From: Malacoraja senta
Lineage: Eukaryota
Reading direction: 5' to 3'
Length of the DNA: 64,000 bases
Assembly: GCA_038087875.1 (NCBI GenBank)
Contig: CM075979.1
Span: 56,296,001 to 56,360,000 of the forward strand
Shown here piece by piece: positions 23,960 through 36,700 of the stretch. Position 1 is the first letter of the stretch, and each line of letters begins with the position of its first letter. A program made the translations under genes and the position numbers. The notes beneath the pieces are model-generated. The model did not search any database. It was not told the DNA's origin and saw only the letters and a list, made by a program, of their open reading frames with translations.

Positions 23960-24445
23960 AAAGAGTACAGGGAAGATTTATGAGGATGTTGCTAAGACTT
24001 GGGAGCTTGAACTAAAGGGAGAGATTGGGCATGCTAGGAATTTATTCCTTGGAGTGTAGGGGACGAAGGGGTGATCTTACAGAGGTGTTTAAAATCACAA
24101 GGGGAATTGATACGGTGAATGCGCACAGTTTTATTTTTTACCAGGGTGGAGGAATCAAGAACCAGAGGATATAGTTTTAAGGTGAGAGCAAGATTTAAGA
24201 GGAACTCGAGGGGCAACTTTTTCACTCAATGGCTGGTGGGTATATGGAATGAGCTGTCAGAGGAAGTAGTTGAGGCAGATGCAATAATATTTAAAAGACA
24301 CTCGGTCAGGTACATGGATAAGAAAAGTTTGGAGGGATATGTGCCAAATGCAGAAAATGGGAATATCTTAGGTGGATCATCTTGGTCAGCATGGGTGAGT
24401 TGGGCTGAAGGGGCTGTTTCCAGGCTGTATGATTCCATGACTCTA
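23960..24445 (+). mobile_element. CR1-type LINE 3' fragment
   Basis: ESRTRGYSFKVRARFKRNSRGNFFTQWLVGIWNEL; tail GCTGTATGATTCCATGACTCTA. Confidence 0.88.
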
Positions 24446-24670
24446 AACTATCTTAACTATGAGTACAAAGCTTTGTTTGATATCTGTATGTTAATTAGAT
24501 GTTAATTATACATATAATTAGGGGTTGTACATCCCAAAGTATTTTAGTCTATATATAGTCTGCCTCGGAAAACCGGGATCTTTAAGATGGCTTATCCTTG
24601 TGCAGGAGTGCTTAATCTTTTACAGCATGTTCCTGGGGTAGAGAATGCACATTCAGCAGAGAAGTTAAAT

Positions 24671-24757
24671 ATGACGGAGCAGAATAAAAGAAGTACCAAA
24701 TTGGATGGAGCCATATATATTTGTATATTCTTAAATATTCTAAGGAGTGCATTTCAG
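24671..24757 (+). CDS. Exon 1 candidate, signal-peptide-like ([29 protein letters not shown])
   Basis: ATG at 24671 (alternative in-frame ATG at 24587), hydrophobic stretch, CAG|gtatgt donor in phase 0, TATA-like TATATA at ~24550. Confidence 0.6.
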
Positions 24758-27700
24758 GTATGTACTTTTGAATTCTAATTATCATGTATTGAATGTTAAC
24801 ATGATTGTGATATGTATAATGGATTACGTCATTTTGTATTACTCGTGTTAAAAATAAATCTGCTGCTGATCATAATTGTTGAAAATTATACACATTGTAA
24901 GATGCCACGAATATGAGTTTCAAGGTAGTTTTTCAATTTAAGGTGCTACAAACAGACTGACTCCACAGTTACTGTGGATGTACCCCTTCCCATCCTGTCT
25001 CTTGTAAGGAGCCCTCAAATTCACTTGGACCAATTTTTGTCCCCTTTCTTCAGCTCTCAGTCTTCACCTCAGAAGACAAACTCTCCCCTATATTTACTCC
25101 AAGCACACCAAGTCACAGAACCACCTGGACTACACCTCTTCCTGTCCCATCTTCCTGGCATCATCCCTTCCTACAGTTTCTCACTCCGACTCCATGTGTT
25201 ATCGAGATGAGGCTTTTAACTCCAGGACATCGAAAATATCCACTTTCTTCAGGAAATAAGGATTCCATGATGTTGATCGATGTTGCCTTCCTCTACATCT
25301 GTTATCACTCTACCTCCCCACAGACAGATAGAAACCCCTGGTTCTAACCTTTCATTCCACCAGCCTTCACATCTAACATATCATTCTTCAACATTTCCCT
25401 TAGCTGCAATGCGACCACCCTCCCCTATCCCCATCACATTGCCCCCTCCCTACACTGATCTGCTTTCCGCAAAGACCACATTCTCCATAAATCCCTGGTT
25501 CTCTCCTCTCTCACCCACCCCAGGCACTTCCCCTGCAACAGTACACCTGTCCCTACACCTCCACCCTCTTTACTAATCAGGGACCCAAACAGAAACTTGC
25601 TGGGTTTCAAGTGAGCACAGAAGACGGGGCTCCATTGTATCAAAGAAGTCATAAGGTCTTAAGGTCATAAGTGATCGGAGTAGAATTTGCCCCATCAAGT
25701 CTACTCCGCCATTCATTCATGGCTGATCTATCTCTCCCTCCTAACCCCATTCTTCTGCCTTCTCCCCATAACCTATGACACCTGTACTAATCAAGAATGA
25801 AATTGAAGAGAGCATGGGATTTAGCACCTAATAAGGGGAGAGGCTGATGGGCCTCTTTAGACATTTTGATGCACATCAAAATTTCTAAAGATTTGGATAG
25901 CAGATAATTGCTTTACCCTAAATAACAGTTAATTTGAAAAATTAGCTATGAAAAGCTTCTGAATAATCACTGACTATTCTTGGACCCATAGCTACAATTC
26001 CTATGATGGAACAGTGCAGAGCTAGTCTCCCGTCCTGATATTATTACAATATTGAATATTAAATATTAAATGGAATGCGACAGCAGATGAATTAATACGA
26101 TTGGTGAACCAAAACTGAGATTAGCATTGAGGATGATTTACCCATGACATTGATGGAGATATTAACACTGATGCAGTAGGATCCAGTATTCAACCAAGAG
26201 TACGGGTATTCCTTGTGTGGCTGGGTTGATATGAATACATATTAGAATTTAAAGCTTTTCCAATACAGACTTTATGCCCTATCCTCAAAATCTTTGCTCA
26301 AAATACAGTAAGCTCAATTAATCCAGCATGCCAGAGTGGTACATGTCCAAAATGGGACTGCAGCACAGCTATTCCTAAATAACCACTGAAAGATTATGGA
26401 ATGGACTGCTGGAGGACAAGTATCCATTACAAGCATCTAGAACAACTTAATACACCAAACATTTAAGCAGAGAAAGCATGTTTAAAGAAAAAAGCAAATG
26501 CAAGATGACCCACTGAAGGGCGGTATCCCAATTCAATACTCGATGACGTTACTTGGAGTTAATAATTTGAATATGTTCAGTGAATATGAACAGAAGGAGC
26601 TCTTTCATTGGTGTATGGTTCAGACATCAAAGATATGAGGGTAAAATGATGGAAAACTTTTGAAGAGGAATTCAATTACTCCAAAATATAATGGGTTCAA
26701 AATCAATCAGTGCCTTCAGAAAGGAATGGGATATTTATGAATGTGAATACTATGAGTAAGAAGGAAGGGGACTGAAAGGTCAGTACCTCTGTGACTGGTG
26801 CAGACTTAATGGGCCAAATGGAGACTTCCTGTGCATAGAATCAAACAGTTGAATATTGATAATACGGAACCAAGAAACCTGCAGCATAAAGAAGGATCTG
26901 GAAGATAATGATCACGAGAAGCACGATGCCAAATGTGGTAATGGTTCCTGAAACCATTCAAGTCTGTACACATAAATCACTTCAAGAAAGGTGTGGACAG
27001 CTTCCTGGTTCTGGTGAAGAGCCACTCAAAATAGTTTCAGGCTAAAAGCACCTCCACTGAATGCTCTGGAGAAGAACTTAAATCTATTTTTGAGCCACAT
27101 GGACCTCTTACACAGATGGTCTTGCACAATATACCACAATTTCATTTATTTCAATTTGAAAAGTGTGTGGAATGAAATGGGATCAGGCACCATTTCATGT
27201 CTTACCATCCAGCTTCACAGGTGGAAGAAGAGAGAACAGTACATGCAGTTATAATGGTACAAAAATAATAGTATTCATACAAAATTAGAGATAGTTGAAA
27301 AAGAGTAAATTATATTTAAATATCACAGTGTAACTTCTGATAAAGATCCAAATAACACATATTTTTCAGGTGACGGATTGCTTAAATTGCCAGTTGGCTA
27401 CGAATAGATCGGCACTAAGTGCTTTGGTCGAGTGGAATCATTTCCCAGATGGAAAACAGGCAGACAGTTACTTGATCACATATGGAACATTGTCCCCACA
27501 TTTTTCCAGTACTGTGGTGAGTTCAGTAACATAATTACATCTTGTGTGTAGGAAGGAACAGCTGATGCTGATTTAAACCAAAGATAAACACAAAAAGCTA
27601 GAGTAAATCGGCGGGGTATGCAGCATCTCTGGAGAGAAGGAATGGGTGACGTTTCAGGTCGAGACCGAGACTCTGGTTTGAAGAAGGGTCGAGACCCGAA

Positions 27701-30700
27701 ACGTCACCTATTCCTTCTCTTCAGAGACGCTGCGTGTCGCACTCCAGCTCTTTGTGTCCATAATTACATCTTAGTTTGCTTTGAGATTATGAGATGCTTA
27801 TACAAGACCACACATATTCCAGGAAGAAAATCGCATTAAATTCACTTTAAATTCAGAGAGCAATGTTTTCTTCTGGATTTAGCTAGGTTATTGACTATCA
27901 AGTGAAAACAAAAGTAGATATTATGATACATCAAATACATTGTCACAAAAAAATGCACAATTAAAAGATGTAAGTTACCACAATTAATGTTAAATGAAAG
28001 ATGTGTTTAGATTGGAATCAAATAAAGGTGAACAACTGTGTATACATTGTAGTCAAAATGAGTTTAGTAAATTTATTATTTCATGCTCATCAAATATTAA
28101 ACAAGATCTTTTTAAGGATAGTCTCCCCCAAAGCTAAGGACTCTCTCTTTATAACTACTATTGCTATTTACTTTCTGCTGTTCAGAGATCTGTTCAGGGA
28201 TCAAGTGTCAGTTTGGATAACCTTCAGGAAGATATTAGCTATTATTTTATTATAAAATCAGTGACCAGTGGGAAAATCACAGACAGCAAATCAATTACTA
28301 CGTGTAAGTATGAGTTTATTACGGCATGCTTTTATTTACCACTATGTAAAACAATAAAAATATTTAGCATGACATTTTGTGCTATTGAGTAGTTTTCTTG
28401 TAGTAATGGAAAATGTATGTTTTTAATTAAGTTATTTGTTAGGTTATTGGCAATCCAAATCATTTATGTTCAAGATTATATGATGGTGTGACATTAACTT
28501 ATAGAGTAAATATAGAAGAAAAATATTTTAAATTTGATTTCTTCAAAATGTCAATTATTGATTTGTTGAGAGGAATATTTGTTTTTTGTTTTTTTCAGGG
28601 TTGCATGGAGAAGCTGGCTTTAAAACAAACATTTCAACAACTACTGCTTCATTTGATTGGAGTGAATTTGGGTTTGGAAGATTTTTAACTACAATAAGCC
28701 TAAATTTCACTTCATACCATATACCACCTACTATAAACAATTACGTGTGGAATGAATTAAAGCCTGGAACTTTGTACAATTTCTCCTTGGAATTCAAGCA
28801 ATCACATCATATTGGACTCACTTTCACACAAGTATTTTATATAATTATTGAAACAGGTACGAACAACGAATGTATATGAATGGACAGTCATGTTGAATTT
28901 ATAAGAAATTAATCATTCTATTTTGAAAACAGATTGTCTTGTAGGAAACATTTTAGCTATTTAAACAAAAATTGAAATATTCTGATAGGTTGACTAATCA
29001 ATTAACATATGTTTCAAATTAAAGAATTTAAAAAACAAGCATTCTATTTTGCATAACAAAAAAGCTTGTCTTACTTATCAAACGAATATGCTAGAGAGAA
29101 TTTTAATTTGATGTTCAAACCTAATATATTGATTAAAAAAGGCATAAAGTGCTGGAGTAACTCAACGGATCAGGCATCATCTCTGGAGAATATGGATAGG
29201 TGAAGTTTTTGGTCTGGACCCTGCTTCAGGCTGACTGTAGATGGAGGGAGAGGGGGGGGGGGAAGAAAGCTGGAGGAGAGGACAAAGCCTGGCAAGTAAT
29301 AGGTGGATACAGGTGGGGGGAGGTGGATGTTTGGACAAAGGACAGAGATGAAAATACAGATTGTGTGAGAAAGGATTGAAGAGTTGAGAATTGTAAAGCT
29401 AGAGAAAGGAATGTGGGTGGAAGGGGAGAGGGAGATGTAGGCACAAGTCTAGGTCGGGCACAGGCGAGGGAGTGGGGAAAAGAAAGGGAGGTGCAAGGAT
29501 GGGGGGGGGGTGGGTTTTAGTTAAATTGGAGATTTCAATGCTCTATGTACTCTAAACCATTTCTCCCCCCCCCCTCCCTTTGCACCCATATGCCTTTATC
29601 TAGCTTCCCCACACCTCGAGCATAACATGGCATCTCTTATGTTCTATGCCCTGCCAATGAAGACCAACATGCCATATGTCCTTTTTCCTCACCCTGTTGA
29701 CCTGCGTTTCCATTTTCAGGGAATTATTAATTTGACCTCTCAGTCTCTTCTCTGTTCATCAAGGCCTTAATACCCACCCAAATTCCTGTATATTTCTTGC
29801 TCCTATTTCATTTCCCAAAAACATCACCTTGCACTGGTTGGAATTAAACCCTATTTGCCAATGCTTGACACAACTTTCCATCTGAAGTCCCTAAACCAGC
29901 TAAAACTAGTCAGGTTGCTACAATGATAAGATTCAAGGACCATCCTACCTCCTATGTAGGTAACTCTACAAGACAGACCAGGCTCTGTCTTGTAGAGTTA
30001 CCTGAAGATACATGGAAATATTCCCTGTAATATTAAATATTGGGTATTTAAGCTGGTTGATCATCATTATGGAACATTTGAGTTGATTTTGGAAGAATAT
30101 TAAGATATTATATTTGGTTTTCTGCTGCTATGGCCTCTTGTACAATGATCACTGATTAGCCGCTGTACAACAGATAAATGCAGAGCCCTTGCTCGGTAAG
30201 CATTAGTTTGGCAGTATTGATCAAACATTGAATGGTTAAAAGGCACCATAAAAATATATAAGCAAATGTTTGCATTCATCTTGCAGAGCTTGTATCATAT
30301 AGGCAAAATGTTTATAATTCTATTAATGGAGCTCTTAGAGATTAACTAATGACTAACACAGAAATTACCTTGGTAGCACCATGTCCTCCTGGCTGGATAG
30401 GATCATTCTATAGCTGTTACTGGATCAGAAAAGACTGCAAGAAATGGAAAGATGCTTCTCAATTCTGTAAGTCAGCAACTAATGGCATCCACCTTCTTGA
30501 CATCAATACCGAAGAGGAATTTCAGTTTATATCTTCTCACCTGAGGTCACAGAATGACTTCAGCATGTTATGGACTGGGCTAAATGACATTGATGTAAGT
30601 TGGAACTTATGTTATTTCATAAATATTGTTACGCCACCAGTGTACAGGATCATGCACGAAGGATGTCCATTGGAGGAAAACACCAGAGAGGTATCGAAAA

Positions 30701-33700
30701 CTGTTAAATCAGACTTAGCTGTTGTCTCCCTCCCTGAGAAGGACAAATGCCTTGTCCAATGACTGATTTGAGTGTAGAATTTTTATCAAAAATAAGTTGC
30801 AGCAAATTTCACAATTTTTAATGAAAATAATGTTAGGTAGTTCATTAGAAACAAAATGATTATGAAACAATAAGAGAAATAAGTATGGTTTTGCATTAAA
30901 TTATGTAGTTTATATGTGAAAAGCGCTATTGCAGATTTTATTTTTGTATGATATATTATAGGTTGTAATGTTCCACAAACTTAAATTTGTTTTCCTGACT
31001 GAAGCAGATAAATATTCCAGACAGCTGCTTTACATCCCTCCCTTTCCGTGGGAGATAGACAAAGTTAATTAGTCAAGGGAGTACTTCCAGTTACATTCAG
31101 ATCAGCTTGCCGAATCAATAGAAGCTAATTATGAAAAGCCTACTATGAAAATCATCACATTTTTAACCTTTACCATCCCTGTTCAAAGTATACAAACATT
31201 TGATTTGAAAAACTAAATATTGTTATTTTTATAATTTAATACAAAGGCAAAAGCAACACAGAAAGGATAACATCAAAACAGAGCATTTGATAATAATCAA
31301 ACAACATGGACAACATGGGCCGAAGGCCAACAAGATGCCTCATCTAAGCTAATCCCATTTGTCTGCATTTAGCCCATTCCTCTAGACCTTCCGTATGCAA
31401 GTACCTGTCCAAATCTCTTTTAAATGTTGTTAATTGTACCTGCCTCAGCTACTTCCTCTGGCTGCTTATTTCGTATACCCACTACCCTAAAAATGAAAAA
31501 GTTGGCCCTCATGTTCCTGTTAAATCTGTTACCTTATACCGCTGCCCTCAGGTTCTTGATACCCATAACATGGCAAAAATGTGTGAATTCATCTTATCTA
31601 TTTCCCTTATAATTTTGTACTTTTCTATAAGATCACCCCGCCACTTCCTGCACTCTAACGAATAAATAGGTAGCTTGCTCAATCTCTCCCCATAGCCAAA
31701 TCCTCGAGTCTGGCAACATTCTCACAAATCTTCTCTGCACTCTTTCCAGTTTAGTGGAATTTTTCCTGCAGCAGGGTAACTAAAACTGAACACAAAACTC
31801 CAAGTGTAGTGTTACCAATATCTTGTACAACTGTAACATAATGTCCCTACTCCTCAGCAAAAGAGGTGCTGATCTATTCAGCTGCTCGGTCCTTAGCAAT
31901 GTACTCATCCAGGGATTGGTTAACAATAGCTTAGTTTGATTCATAAATACAGCATGGAGTCAAGTCAAGAGAGTCATGTGTCCCTGATAGGACAATGAAA
32001 TTCTTGCTTTGCTTCAGCACAACAGAACATAGTAGGCATTGACTACAAAACAGATCAGTGTGTCCATATACCATTATATACGTAAATACACACATGAATA
32101 AATAAACTGATAAAGTGCAAATAACAGATAATGGGCTATTAATGTTCAGAGTTTTGTCCGAGCCAAGTTTAATAGCCTGATGGCTGTGGGGAAGTAGCTA
32201 TTCCTGAACCTGGTCGTTGCAGTCTTCAGGCTCCTGTACCTTCTACCTGAAGGTAGCAGGGAGATGAGTGTGTGGCCAGGATGGTGTGGGTCCTTGATGA
32301 TACTGCCAGCCTTTTTGAGGCAGTGACTGTGATAGATCCCCTTGATGGAAGGGAGGTCAGAGCCGATGATGGACTGGGCAGTGTTTACTACTTTTTGTAG
32401 TCATTTCCTCTCCAGGGCGCTCAAGTTGCCGAACCAAGCCACGATGCAACCGGTCAGCATGCTCTCTACTGTGCACCTGTAGAAGTTAGAGAGAGTCCTC
32501 CTTGACAAACCAACTCTCCGTAACAGGCCCTTCAGCCAACCAAGCCCACATCAACCATTGATTGCCTGGTCACACTAGTTGTATGTTTGGTAGACAAAAA
32601 TGCCGGAGAAACTCAGCGGGTGAGGCAGCATCTATGGAGCGAAGGAAATAGGCGACGTTTTGGGTCGAGACCCTTCTTCAGACTGATGTGAGTGGGGGGG
32701 GGGGGGGGCAGGATGAAGAAAGGAAGAGGCGGAGACAGTGGGCTGAGGGAGAGCTGGGAAGGGGAGGAAAAAGCAGGGACTACCTGATATTGGAGAAGTC
32801 AATGATCATACTGCTGGGGTATCTCACTTTTGCATTCACTCCATACACACAAGGGACAATTTACAGAGGCCAATCAACCTACAAACCTGCACGACTTTGG
32901 GATGTGGGACCAAAGTGGAGCACCCAGAAGAAACCTTCATGGTCACAGGGAGAATGCAAACACCACACAAACAGCACCCAAGGCCATGATCAAACCCAGG
33001 TGTCTGGTACTGTGAGGCAGCAACTCCACCAACGGTGCCACTGTGCCACCCCTAGTTAGTGTAGTTCAATTTCAGGAGTGACCCCAGGATATTGTTGACA
33101 GGTGGCTTATTGATACAACCACCTCTTAGCATCTTTAATGGCTTTCATTAACCAGATGGTTAAGTAATTTTCAAAATGAGAGATTGACTAGTTTTAAGGA
33201 AGTGCTCCCACATAGCATTTTCTCCTTTAAAATATTAAGATTGTAAAGACTTACGATATGACCAAATATAGTACAATAAATGTTTTCCATTTCTCAGATA
33301 GAAAATGAACTTCAATGGACTGACAAGAGTGCTTTTAATTTAAGCACCACGTTGCTGCAAACTCTGCCATCAAACGAGAGTGATTGCTACGCATTACAAT
33401 TGAATGCAGTGGGTCCCGACAGTGTACTTACTGGGCTGTTCTGCTTCCTGGCTTTGCCATACATTTGTGAACATGAAGGTAATTTACCATGGGATGTCTG
33501 CTTCAACACCAACTCTGTACCATGTTTGCTGAATGATCAAAGCACATCTAATATCTTGCATCTCATATTTCGCTTGGGCAGCTTACAATCCGGTGGTATG
33601 AATCTTGATTTCTCTCACTTCAGGTAGCCCCGGCATTCCCCCTCTCTCTCTCTATCCCTCCCCTTCCCAAGTCGCACTCAGTTCTAATTTTTACCCCACA

Positions 33701-36700
33701 AACAGCTAACAATGGCCTGTTTTCTTTATCATCGTTATTTTTTTGCATATCTTTCATTCATTTTACTTTATCTCTCCACATCATCATCTATATCTCTCGT
33801 TTCCCTTATCACTAACCAGTCTGAAAAAGGGTCTCAACCCGAAACGTCACGCATTCCTTCTCTCCAGCGATGCTGCCTGTCCCACAGACTTACTCCAATT
33901 TTTTGTGTCTATCTTCTAATATCATGTTTGCTTGCACTATTAAGCAGACTGCCTTATATGGCTTGGTGGCCAAGCAACCAAAAGTTAATGTCAAATTGAA
34001 GCAATTATTGTGCACATTCAGAAGATCCAATGCTTAATTTTTTCAAAGATTGTTTCAACTGTTGTATGATATTTTCTTATGTTCATTATTATTTAATTTG
34101 TTGCTCTAGCATCTAAATTAATATTATGAATTATTCTAGAGAGATTACCAATGGCAGAAGGCTTCATAACATGGAATTGTCTGTGTTGCAGTGATCTGCT
34201 TGTTAACAGTTCTTGGTTTTTTGTTCTTGGTCCTCCAAAATATTCCAAATGGAATTTAAACTGGAGTTGGCGGAGGGTGGACTTAAGCAAAAAAGGATTC
34301 TTGGAGAAGAAGAGCTACCTTAAATTTAATTGCATCTGGTTGAGTGACTATGGTAGGGTGAAGACTATTCCATGCTTTAATTGTGCTGGGGAAGATTGAA
34401 TTGCTGTACACCTGTCTTGGTAGCTGGTATCTCAAATTGGATCGAATGCCCTCGTCTGCTCCTAAGAGGTTTGGGTTTGGTAATCTATGTCGAGCTGACC
34501 ATTTAACATTTTGTAAAAACAGGTCAAATGGTGAGCTTTACGTCTGTCTTGGAGAGGGTTCAACCCCTGTTGATGTATAATCAATATGAGCCATTTGATT
34601 CTACAGTAGAAAATATCAATTATTTTTTTTACAGCCATTTTCTATATTACAGTAATTTTCAGGATACAAATATTGCAGTAAATAAGTGTAACCTGGAAAT
34701 CATGGTTAAATTATATCAAATAAATGTAATCATTGGAAATGGAACTCCAAATCCTTGTTCAAGTCCATTAAACCGAAGGATCTCGACCTGAAACGTCACC
34801 TATTCCTTTTCTCCAGAGATGCTGTCTTATCCACTGCAGTTACTCCAGCTTTTTGTGTCTATCTTGAGCCAGGTTTTATTTACATTTGCTATGGGGCCCC
34901 GTTTTTCTCTTTTCTAATACCAAATTTGTTGATATTGAATTTGTTCTCATTAAATGGGAAAAAAGTCAAGTTACCTTTTCAATGGCATTGGGTGGGGGGG
35001 GGGGGGGGGGGAGAGGGTAGGGGGGGGAGAGAGAGGGAGGAATTAAAAGTCATGAGGGCTGATCTAGTTTGGCAATAATTAATTATTTTGAGACTTGCAG
35101 AATTTGTTAGGCATAAAGTCATTAGTGGTTGAAAGTATTACTCTTAACACATTTATCTTTTGCTCTTGCTAAATTACTTCCATAAATATCAATCCAGGAA
35201 ACCATACACAAACCATTTATCCGTATTTTTAAGTTTGCCTAGATAACTTTAATTACTAATTAAAACTTTTAAATATTCATTTAAAGTGCTTCTTTGTTGT
35301 TGCATGAACTTCTGATATTTTTGTATTTGGTGATTTCTATGTAAATGTTCAGCTTAATGTGGAAGGAGTCTGTCTTACTCATGATGAAGTGATGCAATTA
35401 TGCAGTTCATTGTTTTATAGGTATGATATGGTCTCCTAATCTGAGGAAAGACATTCTTGCCATAGAGGGAGTACAGAGAAGGTTCACCAGACTGATTCCT
35501 GGGATGTCAGGACTTTCATATGAAGAAAAACTGGATAGACTCGGCTTGTACTCGCTAGAATTTAGAAGATTGAGGGGGGATCTTATAGAAACGTACAAAA
35601 TTCTTAAGGGGTTGGACAGGCTAGATGCAGGAAGATTGTTCCCAATGTTGGGGAAGTCCAGAACAAGGGGTCACAGTTTAAGGATAAGGGGGAAATCTTT
35701 TAGGACCGAGATGAGAAAAACATTTTTCACACAGAGAGTGGTGAATCTCTGGAATTCTCTGCCACAGAATGTAGTTGAGGCCAGTTCATTGGCTATATTT
35801 AAGAGGGAGTTAGATGTGGCTCTTGTGGCTAAAGGGATCAGGGGGTATGGAGAGAAGGCAGGTACAGGATACCGAGTTGGATGATCAGCCATGATCATAT
35901 TGAATGGCGGTGCAGGCTCGACGGGCCGAATGGCCTACTCCTGCACCTATTTTCTATGTTTTTATGTTTCTATGATGATTCCAGATGTGTGGTGTACCTG
36001 TATGTGTATGTACAATATGTACAGAATTACAATATTTTCTCCATGCAGCTGTAGAGTTTCACCAAATGAACTGATTTATCTTGGGGCATATGGTATCCAT
36101 ACTGTATTGCAGAGCTTGCTAAATCAGGTGGGTTCTTTAGATAGTATGGAATCCTGCACCATATCCCTATCAGCCTGGGTCTGAGGCAGGGTCCGCTTCC
36201 AAACATCAATCTGTTCATTCCCTCCACAGATGCTGCCTGACCTGCTGAGTTACTCTGGCACATTGTGTTTGACTCAAGATTCCAGCATCTGCAGTTCCTT
36301 GTACCTGGCATCATCTTCCATGTTTCTGCACTTTGGGCAGATTTTGTTCACTTTCCAAGAGCTGATGTTGAAAATTGAGAGTAAATATCTGTATCAGTTT
36401 ATCACAGATGTTCTCTAATTATGGATTTATGTTAGATTACAATATTTATACAAAAGAGAAAATTATTTTAATATTTATTGTTTTTCAGTCTTAATTCTTC
36501 CCAAGACTATTAAACTAAAATCAGAAGACGTGAGAGAAAATGAGGCCACTATTATCTGGGACAGCTTACAGGATTATTCTCCTCAACATCCAAGGTTATT
36601 TATCTGGTACAAATCAAATTCTGATGAAGGAACACAACATTTCTACAAAATATTCCTAAATGAGACTAAAGCAGTCATATCTGAGCTGAAACCTGGGCAC

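Noticed and set aside
23465-26847. Treating the 432-bp repeats as LTRs of the adjacent Gypsy relic
   Set aside because: No TG...CA ends, PBS or TSD; copy 2 interrupts the integrase region; the repeats are far younger than the relic.
28117-28185. Alternative upstream acceptor for exon 3 (tttaag at 28111-28116)
   Set aside because: It introduces an in-frame TAA; the acceptor at 28185 gives an open FN3 half-domain.
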